Assembly (NCBI GenBank): GCA_963663275.1 | Contig: OY760183.1 | Location: forward strand, 3,296,001-3,360,000 | Reading direction: 5' to 3' | From: Chloroflexota bacterium | GTDB taxonomy: Bacteria; Chloroflexota; UBA11872; VXOZ01 | DNA length: 64,000 bases | Part shown: piece after piece, positions 9,210 through 19,831 of the stretch | Layout of the letters: each line of letters opens with the position of its first letter | How positions within the stretch are numbered: the stretch's first letter is position 1 | Program-made: the position numbers and the translations under genes | Notes under the pieces: generated by a model | Databases searched by the model: none | The model's input: only the letters and a program-made list of their open reading frames with translations | What the model was told of the DNA's origin: nothing

Positions 9210-10222
9210 TCCGCGAAGCCACGACGAAAGTAATCGAAGGCGCGTCCCTCACCCGCGACGAGGCGGCGGCGGCAATGACCGAAATCATGGACGCGGCGTG
9301 CACCCCGGCGCAATTCGGCGCGTTTGTCACGGCGCTCCGCGCGAAAGGCGAGACCGCCGACGAGATTGCCGGGTGCCTTGCCGTCATGCGCGACAAAGCG
9401 CTGCCCGTGTCGGTCAGCCAGCCGGTTGCTGACACCTGCGGTACGGGAGGCGACGGCGTGGGTACCTTCAATGTCTCCACTGCCACCGCTCTCGTCCTGG
9501 CGGCGGCCGGCCAACCCGTGGCTAAGCACGGCAACCGCGCCATGAGCAGCGCCTGCGGCAGCGCCGACGTGCTGGAGGCCCTCGGCGTACAGATTGAGCT
9601 TGGCCCCGAGGCGGTGGCGCAGTGCATCGAGCAGGTTGGCATCGGATTTATGTTCGCCCAAGCCTATCATCCCGCTATGAAATTCGCCGCGCCGCTGCGC
9701 CGCGAAATCGGCATTCGCACCATCTTCAACATTCTCGGCCCGCTGACCAATCCCGCCGGGGCAAGCTACCGCGTGTTCGGCGTCGCCGACCCGGGTCTCG
9801 CGGATGACATTGCCCATGCGCTGAGCGCGCTCGGTGTCAGCCGCGCGCTGGTCGTGCACGGTGAAGCCGACGGTGTTGATGAAATCTCCATCAGCGGACC
9901 CACGCTGGTGACAGAATGGAATGGCAATGACGTGCAAAACTATCGCTTGGCGCCGGCCGACTTCGGCCTCGCCACAGCGCCGGTGAGTGAAATCAGGGGC
10001 GGTTCGGTAGATGAAAACGCCCAATACGTGCGCGACGTGGTGGCCGGCGCGCCCGGCCCGCGCCGCGACGTGGTAGTGATGAACGCCGCCGCCGGCCTCG
10101 TCGTCAGCGGCAGAGCGGGCGATTGGAAAGAAGGCGCGCAACAGGCCACAGCCGCCATCGAGAGCGGCCAAGCCGCCGCCAAGCTGGATGCGCTCGCAAG
10201 CCTTAGTCAGCGCCTCGCCTAG
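9206..10222 (+). CDS. trpD: Anthranilate phosphoribosyltransferase
   Basis: DTCGTGGDG, FNVST, KHGNRAMSSACGSADVLEALG and RTIFNILGPLTNP; ATGA overlap with trpG. Confidence 0.95.
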   Translation: MIREATTKVIEGASLTRDEAAAAMTEIMDAACTPAQFGAFVTALRAKGETADEIAGCLAVMRDKALPVSVSQPVADTCGTGGDGVGTFNVSTATALVLAAAGQPVAKHGNRAMSSACGSADVLEALGVQIELGPEAVAQCIEQVGIGFMFAQAYHPAMKFAAPLRREIGIRTIFNILGPLTNPAGASYRVFGVADPGLADDIAHALSALGVSRALVVHGEADGVDEISISGPTLVTEWNGNDVQNYRLAPADFGLATAPVSEIRGGSVDENAQYVRDVVAGAPGPRRDVVVMNAAAGLVVSGRAGDWKEGAQQATAAIESGQAAAKLDALASLSQRLA

Positions 10223-10370
10223 CGCCGCGCCAAGCCGGGTTTGGCAGGTCAAGCTAGGTTTGACAGATAATGAAACTCCGCATCTGTCCCCTCTCCCTGA
10301 GGGAGAGGGTTAGGGTGAGGGTGAAACATCAGAGCAAGACAAGGTTGAAGAGGCACCAGGGACAACGCAG

Positions 10371-11252
10371 ATGATTCTCGACATAATCCTGCAACATAAA
10401 GAACACGAGTTGGCAGAGCGGCAATCTGCCGTGCCCTTGCCCGCATTGGTAAAGAAGGCGGAAGCGGCGGACCCGCCCCGCGACTTCGCGGCCGCCCTGC
10501 GGCAGGACGGCATCCGGCTCATCGCCGAGATCAAGCGCGCCTCGCCTTCCAAAGGCGTGTTCGCCCCCGGCCTCGACCCGGCGGCGCTGGCGCAAACCTA
10601 CGAGGCCGGCGGCGCCAGCGCCCTCTCCGTGCTCACGGACGCACGGTTCTTCCAGGGATCGCTGGACGATCTGGCAGCCGCGCGAGCAGCCGTGCGCATA
10701 CCCGCCTTGCGCAAGGATTTTACGACGGACGAATACCACATTGTCGAGGCTCGCGCCTCCAGAGCCGACGCGGTGCTCCTCATCGTGGCCGCGCTCCCGC
10801 AGCCGCGCTTGGCCGCGCTGCTCCGCTGCGCCGCGGATTGGGGCATGGCCGCCATCGTGGAAGTGCACACGGCGGAGGAAACCGCGCAAGCCCTGGCCGT
10901 AGACGCGGCCATCATCGGCATCAACAACCGCAACCTGTACACCTTCGAGACCACGCTTGAGACTACGGCGGAACTCCGCCAACTCATCCCAAGCGACCGC
11001 TTGGTCATTAGCGAAAGCGGCATCCACACGCCCGCCGACGTAGCGCGGCTGCACGATTGGAACGTAGACGCCATGCTCGTCGGCGAATCGCTGGTTACCG
11101 CTTCCGACACAGCCGCCAAAGTTGCAGAGTTGGTCGCCGCGGCGCAGGAATCAGCGGAAGTCCCGCCTGTCGCGAAAGCCTCGCCATCCGCGCATGCCCC
11201 GCCATCCGTCATTCCGGCGAAAGCCGGAATCCAGAGGGAGCGCGCCCCGTGA
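10371..11252 (+). CDS. trpC: Indole-3-glycerol-phosphate synthase with a repeat-derived C-terminal tail
   Basis: IAEIKRASPSKG, SVLTD, LRKDF, GINNRNL, SESGI and LVGESL. Confidence 0.95.
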   Translation: MILDIILQHKEHELAERQSAVPLPALVKKAEAADPPRDFAAALRQDGIRLIAEIKRASPSKGVFAPGLDPAALAQTYEAGGASALSVLTDARFFQGSLDDLAAARAAVRIPALRKDFTTDEYHIVEARASRADAVLLIVAALPQPRLAALLRCAADWGMAAIVEVHTAEETAQALAVDAAIIGINNRNLYTFETTLETTAELRQLIPSDRLVISESGIHTPADVARLHDWNVDAMLVGESLVTASDTAAKVAELVAAAQESAEVPPVAKASPSAHAPPSVIPAKAGIQRERAP

Positions 11253-11941
11253 CAAGGGTCATTGAATCTATGAAATCCAACCAAAACACGGCGCAGTCTT
11301 CCATCACGCCCAAAGTGAAGATCTGCGGCATCATGGCGCTTGCCGACGCGGAAGCAGCCGTGGCGCACGGCGCGGACTTCCTCGGCTTCGTCTTCGTCAA
11401 GGGCAGACGGCGGTGCATGGCGGTGGCAGACACCCGCGCAATTGTCCGGTCGCTTGGCTCAGCGTGTCCGCCGGCTGTGGGGCTTTTTCTCGATGAGGAC
11501 CCGGCGACCGTCCGGCAGGTGGTGGCGGCGTGCGGGCTGGAGTACGCGCAGTTGTGCGGCCAGGAAACGCCCGCTTACTGCGCCGGCTTGGGCATCCCGC
11601 ACTGGAAAGTCGTAAACCTGCATTCAATGGCGGATTACGCGCGCATGACGCCGTACGACGCGGCCGCCGCCTTTGTGCTGGAGGGCGCCGACAATGGGCC
11701 CGGCGGCACCGGCCAGTCTTGGGACTATGGGCTCGCGGCCAATGCGCCCCGCGACCGCCCCACGCTCATGGCCGGCGGGCTTTCACCGGACAACGTCAGC
11801 GCCGCCATCGCCCAAGCGCGGCCCTGGGGCGTGGACGTAAGCAGCGGCGTGGAAACCAACGGCAAGAAAGACCCCGACAAGATTGCCGCATTTATCCGTC
11901 TCGCCAAACAGAATCCGGCGTCACGAAAGGCAGCCCCATGA
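11249..11941 (+). CDS. trpF: Phosphoribosylanthranilate isomerase
   Basis: VKICGI, GGTGQSWDY, AGGLSPDNV and VDVSSGVE; start either GTG 11249 (overlapping the trpC stop) or ATG 11270. Confidence 0.93.
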   Translation: MTRVIESMKSNQNTAQSSITPKVKICGIMALADAEAAVAHGADFLGFVFVKGRRRCMAVADTRAIVRSLGSACPPAVGLFLDEDPATVRQVVAACGLEYAQLCGQETPAYCAGLGIPHWKVVNLHSMADYARMTPYDAAAAFVLEGADNGPGGTGQSWDYGLAANAPRDRPTLMAGGLSPDNVSAAIAQARPWGVDVSSGVETNGKKDPDKIAAFIRLAKQNPASRKAAP

Positions 11942-12147
11942 AACGCTTGCAGGAAATAGTCGATGAACTGCCGCCGGAGTTGCAACAGGAAGTCTACGAC
12001 TTCGCGCAATTCCTGCACGAGAAGAGGGCACGGCCAAAACGCAAGGGAAAGCTGCGCCTCACCTGGGCGGGCGGTCTCGCTGAGTATCGCGACCGCTATA
12101 CTTCACTTGATCTCCAACGCAAAGCACTCGAGTGGTGGGGAGACTAA
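11938..12147 (+). CDS. DUF2281-like antitoxin
   Basis: 69 aa: ELPPELQQEVYDFAQFL...LTWAGGL...TSLDLQRKALEWW; ATGA overlap with trpF and TAATG overlap with the PIN gene. Confidence 0.8.
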   Translation: MKRLQEIVDELPPELQQEVYDFAQFLHEKRARPKRKGKLRLTWAGGLAEYRDRYTSLDLQRKALEWWGD

Positions 12148-12551
12148 TGTTCCTCGTTGATACGAATGTATGGCTGGAAGTCTTACTTAACCAGGAAAAG
12201 GCAGCAGAGGCACAGGAGTTTCTCAGTTCAATCGAGCCAAGCCACCTGGTTCTGACAGATTTCACTCTTTATTCAATTGGGATCATACTTACCCGACTTG
12301 GAAAAGATCAGCTATTCTCCGATTTCACCTCAGACACGCTTGAAAGTGGTGACGTTAGCACTGTTCGACTAACGACTGCGGACCTACAAGACCTGCTTAT
12401 AGTGAGGCAGCGGTTTCGACTTGATTTCGACGATGCCTATCAATATGCTGCCGCTGAAAAGTACGGCTTCATGCTCGTAAGCTTTGACACTGACTTTGAT
12501 AACACAGACCTTGGAAGAAGAACCCCCAACCAAGCTATCGCAAAATCCTAA
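12147..12551 (+). CDS. vapC: PIN-domain (VapC-like) toxin
   Basis: MFLVDTNVWLE...LDFDDAYQY...LVSFDTDFD with the conserved acidic residues; visibly lower GC than the trp genes. Confidence 0.88.
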   Translation: MFLVDTNVWLEVLLNQEKAAEAQEFLSSIEPSHLVLTDFTLYSIGIILTRLGKDQLFSDFTSDTLESGDVSTVRLTTADLQDLLIVRQRFRLDFDDAYQYAAAEKYGFMLVSFDTDFDNTDLGRRTPNQAIAKS

Positions 12552-12570
12552 GCGAGGAGGACCAATCACT

Positions 12571-13698
12571 GTGCCACGACCACCTCAGAAACGCATTCTC
12601 ACCGGCATGCGCACCACCGGCGCGGCGCATCTCGGCCATTACGCCGGGGCTCTGCGCAACTGGGTCGAAATGCAAGGCGAATACGAGTGTTACTTCCTGC
12701 TCGCCGACGTGCAGGCCTTTAGCACGCACTTCGACGATCCGCAACGGATCGTCGAATCCCTGCACGAAATGGTGCTCGACTGGCTCGCCGTCGGCCTCGA
12801 CCCCACCAAGCAGGGCAACATCTTCTTCGTCTTGCAGAGCCAGATTCAGGATCTCACCGAACTCACCACCTACTTCTCCATGCTCACGCCGATGGCCTAC
12901 GTCGAGCGCAACCCCACCATCAAGAGCGAGCGCGCCCAGTACGGCGAGCGCGCCGGCAATTTGGGGTTCTACAACTATCCGGTCTCCCAGGCCGCCGACG
13001 TGCTGCTCTTCACGCCGCCGCCGCCCCACGTAGACGGCGACGAACTCTGCGTGCCGGTGGGCGAAGACCAACTGCCGCTGCTGGAACTCACCAACGACAT
13101 CGCCGGCTGGTTCAACCGTACCTACGACCGGGTCTTCCTGCAATGCACGCACCGCCTCAGCGAGGTGCCGCGCCTCATGGGCACCGACGGCCAGGCGAAG
13201 ATGAGCAAGAGCCTGGGCAACGTCATTCTGCTCAGCGACGACGCGGACACCGTGCAGAAGAAAGTCATGAGCATGTACACCGATCCCACGCGGCTGCGCG
13301 CTACCGATCCCGGCCACGTGGAAGGCAACCCGGTGTTCATGTACCACGACGCCTTCAATCCGGACGTGGCCGAGGTGGACGAACTGAAAGACCGCTACCG
13401 CAAGGGCCGGGTCGGCGACGTGGAGGTGAAGCGCAAACTGGTTGCCGCCCTCAACGGGATGCTCGATCCCATCCGGGAGCGGCGCGCCGCCTTCGGGCAA
13501 GACCCGGACATCGTGCGGGAGGTCCTGCGCGGCGGCATCGAGCAGACCCGCGCGGTGGGCGGCGAGACCATGGCCCACGCCCGCGCCGCCATGTACATCG
13601 ACTATCCGAAACTGCTCGCGCAGCCCCCATCCGTCACTCCCGCGAAAGCGGGAGTCCAGGGGCGGGGAGCGGATGGATTCCCGCCTGCGCGGGAATGA
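12571..13698 (+). CDS. trpS: Tryptophanyl-tRNA synthetase
   Basis: HLGH (HIGH motif), YPVSQAAD, VPVGEDQ, KMSKS and YTDP..R.TDPG.VEGNPVF; GTG start after GAGGAGG. Confidence 0.95.
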   Translation: MPRPPQKRILTGMRTTGAAHLGHYAGALRNWVEMQGEYECYFLLADVQAFSTHFDDPQRIVESLHEMVLDWLAVGLDPTKQGNIFFVLQSQIQDLTELTTYFSMLTPMAYVERNPTIKSERAQYGERAGNLGFYNYPVSQAADVLLFTPPPPHVDGDELCVPVGEDQLPLLELTNDIAGWFNRTYDRVFLQCTHRLSEVPRLMGTDGQAKMSKSLGNVILLSDDADTVQKKVMSMYTDPTRLRATDPGHVEGNPVFMYHDAFNPDVAEVDELKDRYRKGRVGDVEVKRKLVAALNGMLDPIRERRAAFGQDPDIVREVLRGGIEQTRAVGGETMAHARAAMYIDYPKLLAQPPSVTPAKAGVQGRGADGFPPARE

Positions 13699-13852
13699 CG
13701 GGCTGCGAATTGTCTCTCTGCACACGTAGTGAAGTGAGGCGTCAGCACACCCTAAGCCACACCGCGAGGTGCGCAACGCTACAGAGACGAAGACTGCCCC
13801 GTAGATCACGCGCCTCGCATCCGAGACAGAGCATTGAAATAGGAGCCCTCTT

Positions 13853-15048
<1,196 letters not shown>

Positions 15049-15052
<4 letters not shown>

Positions 15053-15864
15053 GCCGCCTCACCGCGACCTTTGACCAAACCCGGGCGGAAAACCGGGCCG
15101 CGCTGATTACGTTTGCCACCGTCGGCTACCCCTCGCCGGCCGACACGAAACGCGTCGTGCGCGCGCTCCTGGACGGGGGTTCCGACGTGGTGGAACTTGG
15201 CATCCCGTTTTCCGATCCGCTGGCCGACGGCGCCACCATCCAGCACGCCTCGCAGACCGCGCTCGACCAAGGCACGACCCTGGGCATGGCGTTCAACCTG
15301 GTACGCGAGTTGCGGGATGAGGGCGTGACCACACCCCTCGTCTTCATGGGCTACTACAATCCCTTCCTGCGTTACGGCCTCCAGCGCGTCGTCGCGGAAG
15401 CGGCGGAGATCGGCCTGGACGGCTTCATCGTGCCGGACCTGCCGCCGGAGGAAGGGCAGGAGTTTGGCCGCCTGGCCCGTGCCCGCAACCTCGATCTCAT
15501 TCCGCTCCTGGCCCCAACCAGCACCGAATCGCGCATCCGGGCCAACGTCCAGGTCGGCAGCGGTTTCGTCTACTGCGTCTCGCTCACCGGCGTCACCGGC
15601 GCGCGCGAGCAACTCTCCGCCGCGCTGCCGGACTTTCTGGACCGCGTGCGCGCCCACACCGGCCTGCCGCTGGCGGTGGGCTTTGGCGTCTCGCGGCCCG
15701 AGCACGTTGCCACCATCGCGCAACTGGCCGAGGGCGTGGTCAGCGCCAGCGTCTTGATCAACATCCTGGACGAGACCCCGGCCGCGCGGCGCTACCAGGC
15801 GCTGGCCGACCTGGTGCGCGCCATGCGCGAGAAGACTCTGCGCCAGGCCATCGCCAACGACTGA
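15049..15864 (+). CDS. trpA: Tryptophan synthase alpha chain
   Basis: [30 protein letters not shown] and GVTGAR. Confidence 0.97.
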
Positions 15865-15967
15865 GCCGGCGGCGCTTCCCTAACGAGGGCTTGGCGCCGG
15901 AGACGTGAAACCGAGATTGGGAGAGAAAGCGCGCCGCTGCTCCGGCGCGTGTGGAAGGAGACCGGCA

Positions 15968-16267
15968 GTGAAAGCGCCAGGTGAATGCCGCGACATGCAA
16001 GACATCCGCGCGGCAATCGACAGCATCGACCAGGAAGTCATCCGCTTGCTCGGCCGGCGGTTCGAGTACGTGCAAGCGGCGGCGCAATTCAAGACGAGCG
16101 CAACCGCGGTGCGCGCGCCGGAGCGGTTCAAGGCGATGCTGGAACAACGGCGCGCCTGGGCGCAAGCGGCCGGCCTGGACCCGGACGTGGTTGCGGGCGT
16201 CTATCGCGACCTGGTGGAGTACTTCATAGCGGAAGAAATGAAGCGCTGGCAGGCGGAATCAGGGTAG
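15968..16267 (+). CDS. Isochorismate-pyruvate lyase / AroQ chorismate mutase (PchB-like)
   Basis: KAPGECRDMQDIRAAIDSID...LGRRFEYVQAAAQFK...RAPERFKAML..RRAWA follows the PchB pattern; GTG start after GGAAGGAG. Confidence 0.8.
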   Translation: MKAPGECRDMQDIRAAIDSIDQEVIRLLGRRFEYVQAAAQFKTSATAVRAPERFKAMLEQRRAWAQAAGLDPDVVAGVYRDLVEYFIAEEMKRWQAESG

Positions 16268-16384
16268 CGCGAACAGGGTTCGACGTTCCGCCGCGCTCAG
16301 TTCGGCATGACACGGGAAACCGATGAAAGCGTACGAACCCCAGCCGGCCCTTCGGAACTGGAGAGCCAGTCTGGCAATTTCACC

Positions 16385-17167
16385 ATGATGCCCATCGCCT
16401 GTTCCACGCTCTGCTTCACGCAGCGCCCGCTTGACGAGGCCCTCCAGGGCATTGCGCGACTGGGGTTTCGTTATGTCGATTTGGGCGTGCAACGTTGGGC
16501 GCACGTCAGCGCCCCTGAAATAGCGCAGGCCGGGGCCGATTTCGCCGTCACCCTGCGGCGCGGCCTGGAACACGCCAACCTTGAACTTAGCGCCATGAAC
16601 GTGGGGCTCGAGCGCGATGCCGCCGTCTCCCTGGAAGAACAGGTCGCGGCAGTCTGCGCGCTGGCCGCGGACCATGCCCTGCCCGCGATCTGCATAAACC
16701 CGCCCGCGAACGGCACGCCCGTGGAGGCGGCGCTCGTCGAGTTGCGCACACTCGCCGCCGTCGCCGCCCGCTACGACGTCGCGCTCTGTCTTGAAACCCA
16801 CGTCAACTGTCTCACCGAGATACCGGCAGTGGCCGCGCGGCTGGCCGCGTCCGTGCCGAACCTCGGCATTGCCCTGGACTCCTCCCACTTCTACGCGGGC
16901 CCCTGGCAGGGCCGCGACTATGCCGCCGTGTTTCCCCATACGCGGATCGTCCACTTGCGCGATGCCGGCAATTCTCCCGATCAGATCCTCGTGCCGCCGG
17001 GTGAGGGAAACGTAGACTTTGCCGCGCTTCTCAACGGACTGGCGCAATGCGGCTACCAGGGCCCGCTGGCGGTGGAGTACATCGATACGCGCGTTGCGCC
17101 GGACGCCTACCACGAGCACCTCGCCCAGGTGAAAGCAATGGCGGAACTGGCACAATCTCTTCTCTAG
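16385..17167 (+). CDS. Sugar phosphate isomerase/epimerase (xylose isomerase-like TIM barrel)
   Basis: CLETH, ALDSSHF, VHLRDA, GEGNVDF and YQGPLAVEY; start uncertain. Confidence 0.75.
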   Translation: MMPIACSTLCFTQRPLDEALQGIARLGFRYVDLGVQRWAHVSAPEIAQAGADFAVTLRRGLEHANLELSAMNVGLERDAAVSLEEQVAAVCALAADHALPAICINPPANGTPVEAALVELRTLAAVAARYDVALCLETHVNCLTEIPAVAARLAASVPNLGIALDSSHFYAGPWQGRDYAAVFPHTRIVHLRDAGNSPDQILVPPGEGNVDFAALLNGLAQCGYQGPLAVEYIDTRVAPDAYHEHLAQVKAMAELAQSLL

Positions 17168-17273
17168 TAGTCCTCAACATACCTCCGTCATTCCGGTGAA
17201 AGCCCGCCCCCGTGTGGGGCCGAATCCAATGTGTTATCACTACTCTCCCCCTTCCCAGCCTTCCCCTCTAATG

Positions 17274-17434
17274 GGCTCTAAGGGACATGCAAATGTCATT
17301 CCGAGCGGAGCGAGGAATCTAGAGTGGCGAGCCCACCTAACTCCGCACAGCATGGACTCCAGATTCCTCTCTCCGCTGCGCTCCGCTCGGAATGACACGT
17401 TAAGGCGGATGTAGCGTGCTTACCCCTGTCAGCC
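17274..17434. mobile_element. Diverged copy of the GGCTGACAGGGG-ended MITE, carrying a GTCATTCCGAGC palindrome pair
   Basis: End GCGGATGTAGCGTGCTTACCCCTGTCAGCC matches the reverse complement of the 50461 element; the other end is degenerate. Confidence 0.6.
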
Positions 17435-17657
17435 TTCAACTGGGAAGGAGTTATACATAGGTCTCCCAGGCGTGAGAAGCGCTGCCCCGCAAGACATTGC
17501 CGGACCTTCGCCGCTCTGCACGTTCGCCGCCATGACTCCGGCGCGCGCACCTGCTACACTTCCAGTAGCCTTGCGTGCAACCGTTTCGCGCAAGGTCTGG
17601 CATCCCGATGCGCTGAGCCGTAGCGCCGACTGAGAATTGGAGTCTCACCGGAAAACC

Positions 17658-18980
17658 ATGCAAGCCACCGCCGCCGCAGCCACACCGGAACGCCCGAAAC
17701 TGCTCGCCATCAGCAGTTGGGTGCTCTACGACCTGGCGAACACGATATTCTCCATGAATATCGTCACGCTCTACTTCTCGTTGTGGGTCATCAACGACAT
17801 GGGCGGGAAGGACAGCGACTACGCGCTGGCCAACAGTGTTTCCATGTTCATCGTCTTCCTGGCCGCGCCGTTCCTGGGGGCGCTCTCGGACCAGACACCC
17901 CGGCGGATGCCCTTTCTCATAGCCACCACGGTTTTGTGCTGCGCGGCGACCTTTCTGCTCGGCATGACCGGCGTCTTTCTCGCGCTCGTCATCTTCGTCG
18001 TTGCCAACACCTTCTACCAGTCGGGCTTGATCTTCTACGACGCGCTGTTGCCGGTTGTCAGCACGCCGGAAAACCGGGGGCGCGTGGGCGGCTTTGGCAT
18101 CGGCATCGGCTACATGGGCTCGTTCATCGGCGTCCTTACGGGGTTCATCGTTTTGGACAACCTGCTCGGGCTCTCGCTCCTGGAGGAAAATCCCGCCGAA
18201 AAGCCCTTGGTCTTCAAGCTCACCGCCGTGCTCTTCCTCCTCTTTGCCGTGCCGTGCTTCCTCTGGGTGCGGGAAAAGCCACGCGCCGGCAGCGTCATGC
18301 TGGGACGCCAAGCCGCGAAACGCGCGCTGCGCGACTTGCGCACTACCTTCGTCCGCCTCGGCAGGCTGCCCAATCTGCGGCGTTTTCTCATCGGCCGCGT
18401 CTTCTACACCGACGCCGCCAACACCTTCATCATCTTCATGGCGGTCTACCTCACGAATGAGGTGGACTTCACCGAGACGGAGGTGCAACTCGCCCTGATG
18501 CTGGGCATTGCCGCGGCCATGGTGGGCGGGTTGTTGTGGGGCTTTGTGGTGGACCTGATTGGGCCCAGGCCGTCTCTGCTGATCGTCATCGGCCTGTGGA
18601 CGATCGCCATCAGCCTCACGGTGGCGGTGCCGCTCTTCTCGTTGACGAATGCCATCATCTGGGGGGTCGCCGCGCTCGGCGGGTTCTCGCTGGGCAGCAC
18701 CTGGGCCGCCGACCGCCCCTTGATGCTGCGCCTGGCGCCGCCGCAAAACATCGGCCAGTTCTACGGCCTCTATGCCATGGTGGGACGCTTTGCCGCCATC
18801 ATCGGCCCGCTCATCTGGGCGCTTATCGTCGACGGCCTGGACTGGGGCCGCCCGGCCGCCGTGGCCGCCTTCCTGCCCATGATGGTCATTGCCGCCTGGT
18901 TCATCTTCCGCGTGGACGACACGGCGGACTTGGGTGAAAATCTCGATGAGGCGTTCCAACCCTCACAAAGCGCCTCGTAG
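17658..18980 (+). CDS. MFS transporter (UMF1/Atg22-like)
   Basis: SWVLYDLANT, LAAPFLGALSD, FYDALLP and GQFYGLYAMVGRFAAIIGPL; ~12 TM segments. Confidence 0.85.
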   Translation: MQATAAAATPERPKLLAISSWVLYDLANTIFSMNIVTLYFSLWVINDMGGKDSDYALANSVSMFIVFLAAPFLGALSDQTPRRMPFLIATTVLCCAATFLLGMTGVFLALVIFVVANTFYQSGLIFYDALLPVVSTPENRGRVGGFGIGIGYMGSFIGVLTGFIVLDNLLGLSLLEENPAEKPLVFKLTAVLFLLFAVPCFLWVREKPRAGSVMLGRQAAKRALRDLRTTFVRLGRLPNLRRFLIGRVFYTDAANTFIIFMAVYLTNEVDFTETEVQLALMLGIAAAMVGGLLWGFVVDLIGPRPSLLIVIGLWTIAISLTVAVPLFSLTNAIIWGVAALGGFSLGSTWAADRPLMLRLAPPQNIGQFYGLYAMVGRFAAIIGPLIWALIVDGLDWGRPAAVAAFLPMMVIAAWFIFRVDDTADLGENLDEAFQPSQSAS

Positions 18981-19015
18981 CCATCCCGGCACACCTACAC
19001 GACGCTCCGTCCTCC

Positions 19016-19450
19016 GGGTAGCGCAGGTTTGCAACCTGCGTCCACCCTCCGTCCTCCGGTAGCGCAGGTTTGCAAACTGCGTCCGCCTCTCTTCCTCCGG
19101 AGAACTTTGCGTCACCGGAGAGGGAACAGACAAAGTTCAGCGCACGCCTCTTATCCCCTCTCCTGGGGGAGAGGGTTAGGGTGAGGGGAGATTGTGCGGC
19201 GACTCACACCCAAGTCTTGCGAGATGGGGCGGAACCGACGAGGATTCCCCCTCACCCCGGCCCTCTCCCCAGGGAGAGGGAGTCTGATCGCGCTTACCTA
19301 CGTTACGCAAAAGTCTCCTCCGGTAGCGCAGGTTACAAACCTGCGTCCGCTGCTGTCTCGCTGGCACGTGATTGCCCAGAGGCGGGGGACAAGCCCCCGC
19401 GCTACGACGGTGTGTCCGTTTCTCCGGTAGCGCAGGTTTGCAACCTGCGC
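19016..19450. repeat. Cluster of GTAG-type REP palindromes (GGTAGCGCAGGTTTGCAACCTGCG) around a MITE
   Basis: Copies at ~19017, 19058, 19322 and 19426, plus GGGGGACAAGCCCCCGCGCTAC at ~19385. Confidence 0.85.
19100..19317. mobile_element. MITE with GAGACCTTTGC-like ends and a 5-bp duplication CTCCG
   Basis: Left GAGAACTTTGCGTCAC, right GTTACGCAAAAGTCTC, CTCCG on both flanks; interior homologous to 50395-50764. Confidence 0.75.
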
Positions 19451-19553
19451 ATAATCTCGCGGCAACCTTCCTCTCACACTGCTCTCACATTCCGGGCGCA
19501 CACTGTTAAGTAGGGAATAGAGAGCAATCAGCACGAAGGAGGAAAGGACAACG

Positions 19554-19826
19554 ATGTCGCTCCGCCGCTATGAGCGAGAATTGGAAGACACGCCCGACAC
19601 GCAGTTTCAGGACCTGCGCGGGCTGCGGGTGTACGACCACGACAACCGCCTGCTGGGCACGATCAGCGCGGTCATGGTAGACACGACCAGCCAGGAAACG
19701 GTCTACGCCGAGGTCGCGTCCACCGGCCTGCTGGGGCTGGGGAGCCGCCGCCAGGTGGTGCGCCGCAGCCGGCTGCATCACAACGCCCGCGGCCTGCGGC
19801 TGGCGGGGTCGCAGTCCTACAGGTAG
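19554..19826 (+). CDS. PRC-barrel domain protein
   Basis: DLRGLRVYDHDNRLLGTISAVMVD...YAEVASTGLLGLGSRR; strong RBS. Confidence 0.75.
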   Translation: MSLRRYERELEDTPDTQFQDLRGLRVYDHDNRLLGTISAVMVDTTSQETVYAEVASTGLLGLGSRRQVVRRSRLHHNARGLRLAGSQSYR

Positions 19827-19831
19827 GCGTC

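Noticed and set aside
19070-19534. Short ORFs across repeat clusters (also around 40300-41100, 50283-50910, 53193-53586 and 61154-61640)
   Set aside because: They are translations of REP/MITE sequence (PHPGPLP, VAQVCNLR) with no RBS or domain support
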